From Adineta vaga (Eukaryota; Animalia; Rotifera): a stretch of DNA of 64,000 bases. The DNA is taken from contig CP075494.1 of assembly GCA_021613535.1 (NCBI GenBank), forward strand, positions 4,464,001-4,528,000, given 5' to 3'. The position numbers and the translations under genes are program-made. Position 1 is the first letter of the stretch, and each line of letters opens with the position of its first letter. The notes beneath the pieces are model-generated. The model saw only the letters and a list, made by a program, of their open reading frames with translations, did not search any database and was not told where the DNA came from. Positions 1-14,390 of this stretch are shown here, piece by piece.

Positions 1-481
1 AAACTAATTGAGGAAGACTCCAGATACTATTGAGAATAGTATGAGAAGATACCATTAGTTTAAAATTACATTTAATTATACTTAAATATGTAAGATATGA
101 TAATTGATGCCATTCAATTAGTAATTTTTCCATTATTTTTGGAGATTCAATACAATACAAAGAAAGTGCACGTAGCTGTGACAATTGAAGAAAGGATGGA
201 AAATAAGTTGGAATATATTTTGTTTGTCCTGGTGTATATTTGTCATCAGAAAGACGTAATGAAATAATTTGATTTTGAATTGATGGAAGATATTTTTGAC
301 ATATAAGATGAAAATCAGATTTGGAAATCGATTTAAAATCAAGATGATATGATTGAAATTGTTTGAGTAAAAGCGTATGAAATCGATAATTAAGATCGTA
401 GAATGCATGGAAAAGATCTTGAATTTTGAAATATTCGAAAATATCAAGTAAAAGTTCATTGGCTAAACATTCAAAATTCAT
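1..481 (-). CDS. F-box (bdelloid-type, LRR/FBD-like) protein, 5' part; runs off the window edge
   Basis: Manual translation from ATG at 481 gives an open frame to position 1: MNFECLANELLLDIFEYFKIQDLFHAFYDLNYRF...IISLRLSDD...LRALSL. It has an F-box-like L-x-N-E-L-L-L-D-I-F-E-Y start, similar to the gene at 39829. This frame is not in the ORF track. Confidence 0.8.
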   Translation of the reverse strand, partial: MNFECLANELLLDIFEYFKIQDLFHAFYDLNYRFHTLLLKQFQSYHLDFKSISKSDFHLICQKYLPSIQNQIISLRLSDDKYTPGQTKYIPTYFPSFLQLSQLRALSLYCIESPKIMEKLLIEWHQLSYLTYLSIIKCNFKLMVSSHTILNSIWSLPQLV

Positions 482-2170
482 CTTCGTAAGAGTAAACGGA
501 CTGCTTATTTGATGATCGTTCGAATCTTTAGATAGGAATATTAAAACACATGTATTTTGAGAAGAAGAAAGACGGCATTGAATAATATTTACTTATAATG
601 ACTCATATTGGTAAAAAGAATATTTTCGCCGTGATAGGTATAGTGTAAAGATGCAAAATTTGACGTTGTTTTTTTGTGATGAGACTCAACATGATTGGAT
701 GAATATTCTACAGAAATATCAAGCTGAAGTTTTTCAATGATAATAAGCTGCTCGAAAGTATTTGTGAAACTAGCGCCCTCTACAACACTTTTCTATTCGT
801 TTTCTCTCTCGGTTTTTGACTCGATGTATATATACATATATATCCTTGGTTATCTCTGCCATGAAAACAGTCCACAGTATTATGTTTTCTTCCGTAATTC
901 ACGAAACTCATCGCTATGTGTATACAAAAACATGATCTGTTCAAAAGACATAATAGAAGACCCAGGTCTTTTAATACGTCCATGGCTTTAGTCGATTGAA
1001 ATCGGTGACAGAATACGATGGTAGATTTGATAGATAGTGTAAAAATCAATGTAGAATGACGTTTAGTGAAATGACACAAATAGAACGGATATTGTTTCCT
1101 GGCGATATCACCATTACAATACATATAAGTTTATTTTAATATGTAAGAAATACAGTTATTTCATGTGAAGAAAAAAACATCTAGTACGAGAGATAAAGCG
1201 AAACAATATTGCAGGTAAAAATGAAGATAAAAGGAGTACAACATTATATCTAACAAAAAAAACATGCCGTTAATGTGCCACAATTTGTATACAAGGGGTG
1301 TGTTAAAGATAAGAAAATATGGTGAAATTCAATTTGAAAGTTTTTTTTTTAATACGAATCTAACCTAGCTGAGATGTTAATTATTGTATTTGATTTGATT
1401 TGATTTTCGAAAAGATGTATGAAGTAAATTGTACAAAAGGCAAACAACTAATATAATGAAAATGATAGACGAATGCATTAGCTAAATGTTTTCCAGATGA
1501 AAATTATGTTTAAAGAAACTATTACGCAATAAAAAAATATATCATTCGATCAATCTTTATTAAATTTCGATTTTTTCTAATACTTAAATTTTATGAAGAG
1601 GCTTAGTTAAGGTAAAGTTCATTATTGGGACTAAATGTACCGATACAAGTATAAATCCTGGGAGCTCTAAAGGTTAACCATTTGAAAGGTCTTAACTAAC
1701 ACTTACAATCGTTCGATTCTTATTTTTGTCGAGAACGATCAAAAGAAAATTCATCCAGTTCATGATGGCCTTTACACTTATATCAATCACACCAAAGTCT
1801 TCGTACATAAATATACTTAAGATTAGATAAATTTTTGTAAGATTTTTCTCTATCTCTCTTTCATTAATAACAAAATTGAAATAGACCACAAAACGATGTT
1901 AACCGTCGTTGATCATCGACTACAATTTTAATTAGATTTAGTTTACTAAATCTTAAAACGTTACTTTGATTTACAAATGTATTAAACGAATAAGAAAAAA
2001 AAGGGATATTTTATCGTTATTGTATGGATATCATGATTACAATGCTCTTTTTTTCACGATATCGTGTTGTATATAACACTACTTGGTTTCTTTTACCTAT
2101 AGTTGCATAAAAGAAAAAGAAGAAAAAAAACAACGTCATCATTTCATTGAGAATTATTTGGTTGAATACG

Positions 2171-2930
2171 ATGTCTTTCCTCGATGGTAAAGAGATCTAT
2201 CCAATATTATTAGTATCTGCTGAAATATTTGGTTTATTAAGTGTAATATTGGTTGGTTTATTATTTGATAAACATGTTTTCATAGGTACATATGATTGGA
2301 AAAGCAATCCATTTAGTTATCATCCTTTAATGATGACTCTTGGATTAGTATTTTGTTATGGAAATGCGATTCTTATATATCGAACATTTCGAACTTTACC
2401 AAAACTAATTGTAAAGATTGGTCATGCAGTTTTTCTAATTGTATCATTGATTTGTGGTCTTGTGGGATTTTTTGCCATTCTTCGAAGTAAAAATGTTGGC
2501 AAACGACCACATTTTATGACCTATCATTCATGGCTTGGTTTAACAACATTAATTTTATTTGCTCTACAATGGCTTTGTGGTTTCATATGCTTTTTAGTTC
2601 CACAATTGAGTTTAGATATTCGACGATTATATATGCCAAGGTATGAACAGAAATAAGTTGTTTTTTTCTTCTTTATAATTTGATTATTCCTATCTTAGTC
2701 ATCGACTTTGTGGTAAAATAATCTTTGTATCAGCTGTAATTGCAATTTTAACTGGTTTGTCGGAACATGGAATGGGTTCATCGTTTTTTACTGACAATGA
2801 TGCTCAACGAAAACGGCGTTTAATTATGAATTTTTTTGGTGTATTCACAAGTTTATTTTGTGTAACAGTGATTTATTTATTGTCGAAACCTGAATATCAA
2901 CGTCCACCCGATACACATGTTGAAGAATGA
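2171..2930 (+). CDS. Cytochrome b561 family transmembrane reductase (2 exons; intron 2641-2698)
   Basis: Motifs FSYHPLMMTLG, KIGHAVF and FMTYHSWLGL. Splicing adds the fourth heme His (MPSHRLCG) and the frame ends ...YQRPPDTHVEE-TGA. Confidence 0.9.
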
Positions 2931-2997
2931 ATATAAAAATCAAAATGACGTTTTTTTTGCGAGTTCATTGAATAAAATGATTTTATTAGTTTCGAAT

Positions 2998-3600
2998 TTA
3001 TTGATATTTTTGTCGAAGTTCATAAATATGCTTTTTAATATAATGAAAGATTTTGAATTGATAATTGTCGAGCACAGTATCAATGGCTTGTCTGAAAGAT
3101 AAAAGAGCTTCTTTGTAGCGACCTAGATTTTCGTACACTTGAACGATGAAGTCTTTAGGTAGACATTCATTGCTCATGTTCATAATTCTGCGAGAGATTT
3201 TCATGAGTTTCTAAAACTTTTGGATATTCTTTCGTAACCTTATAAATTTTAGCCATGTACTCATAAGTATTGGCTAGACTGATGGGATGGAATGGATTCG
3301 ATTCTTCTTGATAATTGAGTGCTTCCTGTAGATATATTAATGCTTCTGTGTAATTTTCCATGTCTATATGCACTAAAGCAATATCATTACAAATTGCAGG
3401 AGTTCGATAATGATGCAACACTTTGTTGTAAAATCAAGTGCGTCGAGATATTTACATTGTTTTCTTTTAGTTAATCCAATTCGGTGATAATGATGATAAA
3501 GTTCTCTGATATCAGATTTATTTGAATACTCTAAGGATATCATAAAAAGTTATTTGGCTTCTTCCAATTTTCCTAAATTGAGGATGTTTCTTTCCAAGCA
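2998..3600 (-). pseudogene. TPR-repeat gene remnant
   Basis: TPR-like segments (NDIALVHIDMENYTEALIYLQEAL, HPISLANTYEYMAKIY, LGRYKEALLSF) are spread over several frames, with an in-frame TAA (EEAK*LF). Confidence 0.65.
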
Positions 3601-4553
3601 CACGATCGTATTTCAGCTTTTTTTTATGAACAAGGATGAATCTTTTTCATCAGTGACAACAGCCTTTGTAGATGATGCTGCTTTTTTGCCATTCATCAAG
3701 AACGCGTATGTTTATTGGAACTTAATATCTTAAACTGCGACACTACACCTACCACCTAAAATGAAAATAATATTGAAAGAAGTTCCGATTTATTCGACAA
3801 AAGAGAAACTGCAGTTTGAGAATAGATTAAGTAAAGACTCGCTACATATTCGATCACGAATTCTGATCTTATAAATCTGTTTTTTTAATCACAATAAAAC
3901 ACTAAACCTCTTCTGTCTTTACGGCTTGTCCGATTGGAGTGTATATATTTTTAATTTCTGTTATATGATGAAAACATTTTTCAGATATATATGAAAGCTA
4001 TAAAGAAAAAAACTTCGAAAAACTCATTCAGTTTTGTTATACATTCAAAATGTGAAATGACTGAAACTAAATCAGAAGATATTTGATAAAACACATTAGT
4101 TTATAGATTTTGTCTATGAAAAGACAATGGTCAGTTGCTTTATTTGTTGATATTGATAGAAGCACGTTGGAGTACATTCTCATTGATCTTTGAATTCATA
4201 TGAGGTTATTCTATCTTCAGAAATTTTTTATTTATTTAAAGTAAGCTGTAGAATTCTTTCTATATGTAAAATTATGTTGGAAATTTTTTCTTCCGTTCTT
4301 TGTTTTTTTATTCCACGTGCGTTGACATGTTCTTTTCAACAATATTTTCTTTTTTCTATAGACTTATGTTTTAACCATGAATTTTAAAAATACGCAATTT
4401 CAAGATAAGTTAGGTTGGTAAACTAAGTATTTTTTTTTATCAAAGGAAATTAAGAGTGTATAATTGCATGATGATCTCAGTTTATATCTGTCTCTTATTC
4501 CCTCAGATTTCTATTCGATGATTTATTTACATTTGTAATTTAAGATTGAATCC

Positions 4554-7481
4554 ATGTCTAAAGTAACAAAAATAATTGTGAACATGAAAAATCAAGTTAT
4601 ACAGTTTGTGAGTAGTGATCGGTTATTATCAGATCTACCATCTATAGAACGTTCAGCTGTTGATAAGTATGTTACACTCGGATCACAATATGATATACGT
4701 ACAGATACTATCGTCAAGAATGAGAATATGCAAATTAAATCAGACATTATACATTTCAAAACAAAACCGATATGTCGATTGATAAGAGGGGCTGAACTGA
4801 AAGATGAAAGTGTTCTGCGCATACTTGGAGTTGATGATAATATTCGTCTAAGTATTGCGTTAAAGATTATTGAACCAAAAGGAATCTGTTCAGTTACTGA
4901 ATATCCATTTCCAATTCGTGATAAAACTCGTCTTATCTATTATTTTCATCAAAGTCGAACTGATTCTTTCGTGGAAAAATTATCTGAAAATCTAACTTAT
5001 TTCAATCAGTTAATTCCTGATCCTTTATCTACTCATATAATTACTAAGGTTAGCTATGGTATTGTTGTTGTCATTCTTTTTCAACTCAATACTGATGATC
5101 AATCGTCAATAAGTAAAATCGACAACATTCTCCTAAAGTTAACTTCACATTTGGAAAATCATCCAGATGTGGGCTCTTCTATCGCACGAAATGATGAAGA
5201 AATTTTAAGATTTATCGATTCAATAACGATATATTCAAACATTGATGGCTTTCCTAATTCACAAAATATTTTTCACATATGCGAAAACACAAAACATTGA
5301 ACAAAATTTAGAAATTCATCGGCCATTGAGTTTCAACCTACAAACTCTTGCTCAATTTTATTCTTCAAATACTTCAAATACGTCGTTCACGATTGATAGA
5401 AAGTATGTTAATGATATCGAATCATATCTTTCATCATTATCTGTTCGACGAAACACGTTAGAAAAAATCTTGAGTGATTTATCCGAAAACTTACAAGATA
5501 ATCTTACTGAACAATTCAATTATATCAACAAGAGATCTAGTCAACTAAACAACTATTATTTAACAGAAGTTAAGATTCTCAAAGATGAAGTCATTGCAAT
5601 TCGTAATGGACAACATTCTTTAGATAATCTTCAAAAATTGCTCAATAAAGTGGATAAAGAATCATTGAAAATAGAACTCAATGATTTGTTAACTGATGCA
5701 GTTAGTTTGAAAGAGAAAAACAAGCTCGTTGTCTATTTGCAACAAAAGCAAATCACTTATTTGAATGTGAAGTATATTGACATCGCCCAAGATGATCCAT
5801 TTCCAGTTGTAGAACAAAAACTATTACGAAATGAGCCAAATTCTCAAATATTTTGTACAAATGATCATTTACAAAAAAATGAAAAACGTCGATGGGATGA
5901 AATGTTTCCACAGTTCATCGAACAACGAAAAAAGCTTCCAAATTTACATTTAATTTATGCTGATTTCACATATTCTACTTATGAACTCCAAGGATCGAAA
6001 ATCATCTATTCTAAGCAATCATTGAAAACATCTCCAGAACCTCCTTCACTGAAAGATGATTCCACAATAAAACTTCTCTTGTACGGCGAATCTGGAGTTG
6101 GAAAATCGACATTTATCAATGCATTTGCCAATTATCTTCAATTTGAAAGTATTGAACAAGCTCGATTAGGAAAAGCACTTGTTCTTATTCCTGTTTCATT
6201 TCTAATAACAATTAATGATCAATTCGAGGAGAGATTAATTGAATTTGGTCATGATGATGCAAATGAAAATCATAATGATCAAGGTCAATCTGTAACTCAA
6301 CATTGTAAATCATATGAATTTCATCTTTTAAATGGTCAAAAACTCGAAATCATTGATACACCTGGTTTTGGTGATACACGTGGACAAAATCAAGATGATG
6401 AAAATCTTCGTGGAATCTTTTCTTACCTTGATAATGTATCACATTTAAATGCATTGTGTATTTTATTAAAACCAAATGTGAATAAATTAAATCCAACATT
6501 TCGATCATCTTTGATGCAGATTCTTGATTTCTTTGGAAATGATTTTCATCCAAATATCTTCTTTTGTTTTACAAATTGTCAATCAACATTCTTTAGTATT
6601 GGTGATACTGGTCCCATTTTACGAAAATTTCTTCAAAGATATCCAGAAAAGAAGATTAATTTGAAAAAAGAGAATACTTTTTGTTTCGATAGCGAATCAT
6701 TTCGATATTTAGTTGCATCGGGTAGGTCAATTCAATTTGATCAACAATTTATAGAACAGTTTCAATCAAGTTGGAAGAGATCAGTGGAAGAATCGAATCG
6801 TTTTATTGATAAAATATGTTCAAAAGAGAGACAACTTCATATCGATGGAACATGGATATCGATGGAAGAAATCAAACGAGAAATCAATGATCTCCATCGA
6901 CCAATGTTAGAAACAATTAGAAATCTTATTCGAAATATGATTCTTAGTGCAGAAGGATTTTGCATTCAATTGAAACCAAGTGTTATTCTATCGTCGATGT
7001 ATTTATGTTACAAATTAAATCGAATTTGTCAAGATTTCAAAGGAATCAATATAATGCTTGATAATATTCATCCATCAAGTGATCAATGTGAAAGTGAACA
7101 TCTCATGACAAATTATCGCTTAATTATGAACTAAATGTTAAGCCGAATGATCAGTCAACTGAAGATCTTAAGACGGATATCTGTGCTATAAGTAAAACAA
7201 GTGCTCAATTTGACTATGTTTTGAATAATGATCATCGAGCATTTCTCTTTGGTATCGATCGAATGGTCCAAGAAGAAGAATCAATATGTAAACAATATCA
7301 GAAAAACGCTTTGAACCAAAAATTATTACGTCAATTGAAACAATTAAAAGATGACTACGATGATAATTGGAATGAAGTATGTTCGATGGACAAAAATGAA
7401 TTGTTGAAGAATATTAATTCAAGAATCGAAGGAATAAAGAATATAGCAATGATCTGTCAACAACTTCATCTTTTGATGTGA
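4554..7481 (+). CDS. Stonustoxin/verrucotoxin-like N-terminus fused to a septin/AIG1-like P-loop GTPase; two 1-nt frameshifts (~5290, ~7125)
   Basis: The N-terminus has LGSQYDIRTD and THIITKVSYGIVVVILF (SNTX-like motifs). The GTPase has G1 GESGVGKST, G2 SVTQ, G3 IIDTPGFGDT and G4-like FCFTN. ORFs 4554-5300, 5242-7134 and 7221-7481 join into one protein if single bases are restored; no splice sites are seen at the junctions. Confidence 0.7.
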
Positions 7482-8001
7482 ATAAAAGAATTTTGAACTG
7501 TGTAATTGTTTGTCAATCGTTTTGACTTTTATTGTATTCGTTTTCTTGACGATTAAATAATGCGATAAGAACAGTGGTAAGGACTTTTGTTGACTAGAAT
7601 GGTAATGAAAATAGAACTCAGTGAGAGATTTGAAGAGAAATATAGAAAGGTTGATAGAGAATGTGTCACTAATGGTGATTCAAATTTATCTAATGGAAAA
7701 CGCAAAATTGAATGGATGAAAGGAAATTAGATAAGTGAGTTCAATAGATCTAATTTTGCTTCTTTTTATCTATTCTGATAACGCATACTTCCATCAGTCA
7801 TTCACAGTAAGACTTAAAAGTTTGTGATTCTTTGATGTTGTGATCATTCTACACAATTTCAGTTTCTTTTTTTATTTATAATCGAACGTGTTAAAATAAC
7901 TTATAGACATTATATAGAATGTAAAAGAACGTGATTTTCTCCTATGATAATACATTTAACTCTGAGTTTATTGATACTCTATAGTCACTCGTATTCTGAT
8001 A

Positions 8002-11000
8002 ATGTTTTTAGTTAGAACGTATTTATTCATTATATTTCCATTTCTATCTGATCACAATCCAGTTTATTTATTTAATACAGAAGATAATGATAATGTCGAA
8101 TATTATGATTGTATGTTATTGAATACTGTTCCATATTGCCGTCAGCCAGCAATTCCACTGAATTTAAGTCGGAATCATCTGAATTCTAGTTGTTATCATC
8201 AAGGAGTACATCGGACCTTTGCAAAGTTACGAAATTCCAGTAAAAACTCTCGGGAAATTCTCCACCAATTTCGATCAAGTATTGAAAAAGCTGAAGAATA
8301 TGCTTTATATTTATCTGGTCATGGAAAATCGCAGGTTATTTGCGAATGTCGAAAAGCTGGTTTCGGAAAGAATTGTGAGTATCAGTTATTAGTTGAAGGA
8401 CATTTCCCAACATTTGAAAATAGTCGAAAATGGCAAGATGATCAAAGACGCAAGTTTCGTTTTTCTATACATGCATTTCAAAAAACTCTATGTTATGAAA
8501 GTCTACAATGTAATTCCGGATTGTTATGTTTGGATTGGCGCGATATTTGTAATGGTCGACAGGAATGTTTCAATGGAATTGATGAAGATTTATGTGATTT
8601 TCTTGAATTTAATGAATGCGAAATAGATGAATATCGTTGTTCGAATGGAATGTGTATTCCAAATGAATATTTTCTTGATGGTGAATATGATTGTATGGAT
8701 TCATCGGATGAACGACATCTATTTAAATCAAATGAATGTGGATATCAATCAGATACATTTGATTGTGATGAACGATTATGTTCGAGATCAGAATGGTCAT
8801 GTGGAGATGGACAATGTATTGATGAAATACATCGATATAATTGGAAAGAAAGTGTAGTCACATCTGATCGACAATGTTTTTCTATGCGTGAATATTTATT
8901 TATGTGTGAATTGAGTAATGATTATCAATTATGGACATTAATTGATGGTCGATGTTATCACTCATCAGTTATTTCAATTGATGAGAAGCGACAAGCAAAT
9001 AATAATTGTATTTATTTAGTTAAATGTGCATTATCAAATGGTACTGAAAAGAATTGTCCTTGTCAACGAAATAATTGTAGTGAGGAAATCAAAAAATATT
9101 GTCCAGCAGAAATTCAATATCCGTCAGAAGGAATTCTGACACCTTATCTTAATGCATACTATACCCGCGATCGGATTTGGTCTGGAATAAAACAACCGGA
9201 TTATTATATGTTGAATGGTAGTATCAAATGCTTTGGTTATCAAGCGCAGATTGATGTAAATATTTCAATTTCTTTTGAAAATCTTTCTCTCTGGAGACAT
9301 GTCGCGTTAGATACGATATTTTGTGAACATGAAAATATTTCAAAGAACTTCACGGGATCTCAATTTCATTCATTATGTTATTCAAATGAATCACATGTTC
9401 TTGGAAAAGACTTACCTTATGCTTTTCGAAATCTTTGTAATCAATGTATTTCTCAATATCGTATTCGTGATGGAATCAAAGATTGTATCAAAGGTGAAGA
9501 TGAATTACTACAGGAAACAAATTTTTGTCCTAATCATCTTTCTCCTTATCGATATCATTGTTTATCTGATCGAACGACTTGTTTAATAGTCAATACACTT
9601 GGTGATTCGATCACACATTGTAATGATAGTGATGATGAATTTATTCATGGAATAGGACAACCATTATCATTGATTAAATGTCAAAACCGTTCAGATGATG
9701 ATTGTCTATTTCTTCGTCAATATATATCAAATTCAAAATCAGATCGAGAGAATAAAAATCAGAAAGAGACTATGCACTTTCGTTTATATTGTAATACATT
9801 TTAGAATTTAACAAATCAATTCGATGAATCACCAGAAATCTGTCAATCATGGAAATGTTCTCAAGATGAATATCAATGTCGAACAGGTCAATGTATTCCA
9901 AAGCATTTTGTCTGTGATAATGAATGGGATTGTTTTGATGCATCTGATGAATTATTTTATACAAATAATTTCAGTATTCATAATCAAAGAATTCAATTCA
10001 AAGAAGAACAATTAAAATGTGCTTTAAATACGAAACAAGAACCTCAACTATTTGATGGTTTATGTAATTTAACAAAAGAATATCCATGTGTTGTGATAGA
10101 TTTGACGTAAGGCTTTCTTTCCAATGATATTCGTTCATGTATCAATTTCAATCAAATCGGTGATATGAAAATCGATTGTTTAGGTGGTATTGATGAACGA
10201 AATACTTTGAAACATTGCAATGGAATGAATCAACTTGGTTTTGTTTTTCAATGTTCATCAACATCAAATCAATGTTTTAATGATGAAAATTTATGTACGA
10301 ATATCAATCAATGTTTGTATCCTAAGGAATTGTGTTCGAAAAATTTGATTGATTGCTCTCGACCGAATGATTTTCGTTGTTTTAATGGAACTTGTATAGA
10401 ACACGGTCGATGCAATGGAAATCTTGATTGTCATTATGGTGAAGATGAATATTGGTGTCATTCGAAAAGCAGTTTAGACAATTCTAAATATTATCGTATG
10501 ATTAAAGAAAGAAATCAATTCAGTATTGATAAACAAAAATCAATTCAATCATCTATTTCGATGGAAAAACAAAATATTTGTGTGAAACGAAATCTTCCAA
10601 TAAATATTTCATCTTTTACTTGTAATCGTGGTGTAAGTGCGTTAAATAATAGAAAAAATCTCGTTTGTTTTTGTCCACCATCCTATTATGGAAATTATTG
10701 TGAATATCATAGTGATCGTTTAACATCCTATATCAATATTGATCTATCTCAATCATCTTATGGTAAAACGAAGAAGACGGTCAATCTAACAATAAAAGTA
10801 CTGACTCTTCTTATTTATGAAAATGAAATTATTTATACACGACAAACTCATCTACGAACTTGGATGGATTTCGATCGCATAGCAAAAAAACGTTCACATT
10901 TGATCTATTCTCGAGATAGAAAATTTCTTGAGATAAGAAAACAACGTCGTAGAAATAGAACATTAATTTTTAATGAGAATTCTTATTCATTACGTTATGA

Positions 11001-13186
11001 AGCATATGAATTAAATGACAAGAATTCGATTGCACTCATTGGAGTTTGGATATATCCAATTCATTTCGATTTTCTTCCGTCATTTCGTTTCGCTAAAACA
11101 CTTCACTTCTATGAAAAACAACATTCTTCAGCATGTTCTTCTAATCCATGTTCGTTTCCACATAGTGATTGTCATATTTTACAAAATAATCGAAGTCAAT
11201 ACATTTGTTTATGTAAATCCGGTTATTCCGGTGAAAATTGTTCCATTTATGATCAACAATGTGCCAATCAATTTTGTTTTCCTCCATCTTTATGTAAACC
11301 AACTTATTTGGGTAAAACAGCGGGTAGTCATTTACCGTTATGTGTATGTCCGTTGCATAGTTATGGAACACGATGTGCTTTAAAACATGATCAATGTTGG
11401 AAAAATGTTTGCAGAAATAATGGTACTTGTTATCCAAGTAACATTGAAATAGGAAAATTTTATTGTTTTTGTCAAGATGATTATTATGGTGAAAAGTGTG
11501 AACTGAAAAAAGGAAGAATTGATATGAAGATTCAGAGAAATAATATAAGTGGAATATCAGTTATACAAAATTATTATATTGATTTCAATACATTCGATCT
11601 TAACCTGGAATATCAAGATCTTATACAACAAACATCTGTTTTATTTTCTTATAAATATGAAGAAACTTATGCTCCAAATATAATTCTATTTAAAAGTTAT
11701 TCAAGTTTTGAGAATCAATATCCAACTATGTTTGTCTTATCATTCGCATTTCAAATGGAAGGTATTAATATTTCAACTGCATTAACAGAGAAAAATAGAT
11801 GTTTGAATAGTAAGGAAGTATTTCCAAATGTTTCCGGTAAGTTAATTTAATCTATTCATGATTTCCAATGACATTTGATTAATTCATTTAGTTTATCAAT
11901 ATCATCAAATTTGCGAGAATAATGTTTCTTTTCCTGATCTCTTCTGTTTCTTTAATGATGAATATCTCTGTTTTTGTGAAGTAAATCATTATCGAGCGGA
12001 ATGTTTTATTTATAATCATCAACTTGATAAATGTGATCAATGTTTTTCCAATGGTCGATGTATTCAAGGTGATTCGAAAGATAATTTCAAATGTTTATGT
12101 TCGAAATGTCACTATGGTTCACGATGTCAATATAGTTCCGAACGATTTTCATTTACACTTGAACAAATTCTAACACATGGTTTATTATCGACGAAAACTT
12201 ATTTGAAGCATATAACATTATGTTTAACAATAATAATTACATGTACTTTTTTTCTTATGGGAATTTGGAATAATTTCTTTACATTCACTACTTTTCATCG
12301 ATCGAAACTTTTACGAACAGGTGTAGGACATTATCTTTATACTGGAAGTATAATCAATCAAATATCCTTATTATTTCTTCTTCTTCGAATTATACATATT
12401 GTTTTAAGTACATACGGAATGACAAGAACAACGAGTAACATGATGAATACATTTTTATGTAAGTTTTTAAGTTATACATTGAGTACATCGAGTCAGTTAG
12501 CGTATTGGTTGATGAGTACTGTTGCTATTGAACGTTTTTATGTTACATGGAATGTGAAAGGAACATGGTTCAAGAAACCATGGGTCGTTTATCGGATTAT
12601 TTTTATCATTGCTATGCTTATTTTATTGATTAATGCACCACAACTTGTTTTTTATGACTCAATTGTTGATACGGATACAATTAAAAAGATTCCAACATGT
12701 GTTCTAATCTATTCTGATCCATTTTGGATGTATCTCAATCAAGTAAATAGTTATCTAAATAGTCTTTTACCATTGCTAATTAATATTATTTGTACAAGTG
12801 GAATAATGTTAATAATTGCTCGACAGAAACTTCTAGCGAATCAAATGTCGATAGCAAAAACAAAAGGAACGCTTGTAGAATCGAATAGAATCGATCAAAC
12901 AGTCGAACGATGGAATTTTTTTCGTAATGTTATTCATGAAAATATCGAATTGATTTTTGGACCAGCGATAACAATTCTACCACAATTATTTTGTTTACCA
13001 CAATTAATTCTTTCGACTAGATTGATTTGTCATGATTTTGATTCGATGATCGTAAGATTTCTATTCTTATTGTCATTCTTCATTTCATTTACTCCTCAAA
13101 CGGTCAGTTTACTACACAAATTTTCGATCAACAAAACTCGGAAAAAAGATTCTCATTTGTTGTCACAAACAATCGAATCATATTGA
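8002..13186 (+). pseudogene. Giant LDL-receptor-A/EGF-repeat rhodopsin-type GPCR, disrupted
   Basis: LDLa repeats (CSNGMCIPNEYFLDGEYDCMDSSDE), EGF repeats, intron 11837-11891, and a 7TM domain with VAIERF in TM3. In-frame stops TAG 9802-9804 (F*NL, Trp expected) and TAA 10108-10110. An apparent deletion/frameshift in TM7 (~13105) leaves a helix-8-like YYTNFRSTKLGK in another frame. Confidence 0.8.
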
Positions 13187-13545
13187 ATCATCTCAATATG
13201 TTATTTCAAACACAATCTACAATGAAAATACTTATCTATAGATATATAGAACTAACATTATTCTCATATTACATATACATTGCTTTTGCTATTGCTTGAA
13301 TAAAATCGACATAGAGTCAAATCTCAATTTTGAATGTTTTACACGACTTAAAGTATGTACATGAGTTGAGTGTAACCGATGTGTATCCTTTCTCTTATGT
13401 TTATTTAGTACTGATAGTATTCTTTATATCAAACACGTGTTTCGCCATGCATGACTATGCATCGCACAAAAGATATGAATAAGAGCCCGTTTTTCTTACT
13501 TTTTTTGCTTCATATATTATCAATTATTAGAAAATCATATCGATA

Positions 13546-14201
13546 ATGAAAGATACAACAGAGTTATCCGCAATAAATACATCCAATCAAAAATATCAAT
13601 CTTATGAACCATTACAACCGATCAAAGATCAAGAAAGATCGAGAAATGATCATATTAGAAATATAGTATCAAATCTTTTGACTGTAATTAGTTTGATCTT
13701 TCTCATTCCTGGTCTATGGTATCCAATGATACATGCTCGTATCACTGCTTTATTAAATACAGTTACAGTAGCAGATCAAACACGAAGTATTTTAACAACA
13801 ATTTCCTATCTATTCGAACATAAAGCATATATTCCTGGAACGTTAATTGCTATCTTTTCAGTTGTTGTTCCATTTGCTAAAGCAATTCTATTATTATTGA
13901 TGAAGTAAATATATGATTATATTTAGTTGAATTAATAATAAAATTGTATATTTTTAGTATATCAAAGAGTGCACGATATAATTATACAGTATATACAATT
14001 GTTCGTGATTGGGGTAAATGGAGTATGGCAGATGTTTTTGTTACAGCTGTTTTTCTTTCATATCTGTCAACAACAGTAGTAGCTAATATTGAAGCAACCT
14101 TACTTCCAGGATTCTATTGTTTTTTAGTTTATTGTATTGTTTCTCTATTAGCTGTACAAGTGATGGTTCCACCATCAATGCTAGAAATCGAAAGACAATG
14201 A
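13546..14201 (+). CDS. Paraquat-inducible protein A (PqiA)-like membrane protein (intron 13905-13957)
   Basis: PqiA-type motifs IAIFSVVVPFAK and WGKWSMADVFV. The GT-AG intron joins ORFs 13546 and 13944 in frame. Confidence 0.85.
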
Positions 14202-14390
14202 AAGAATGTTTTAACACATGAAAATATATGACAAAGAAAATGTTTTCTTTTTTAACTTTGACTGACTTCATATGGTACAATTTGATCACCGTTATCTGAG
14301 CTATCTTTTTTACTTCTAGAAAAAAAGAACATCGTTAAATAAAACTATTACATCGAGTGTTGAACTTACGAATGAAAAATTTTCTTCATA

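Noticed and set aside
133-459. ORF-track protein 133-459 (-)
   Set aside because: It is an alternative frame; the real F-box frame starts at 481 and runs off the window.
737-1889. Short ORFs 737-991, 780-1124 and 1692-1889
   Set aside because: No motifs or supporting splice structure; typical chance ORFs in AT-rich DNA.
8393-11437. Nested Met/Val/Asn-rich ORFs inside the Cys-rich GPCR genes (also 20925-23670)
   Set aside because: They are shadow frames produced by TGT/GAT/AAT codon bias of the real frame.
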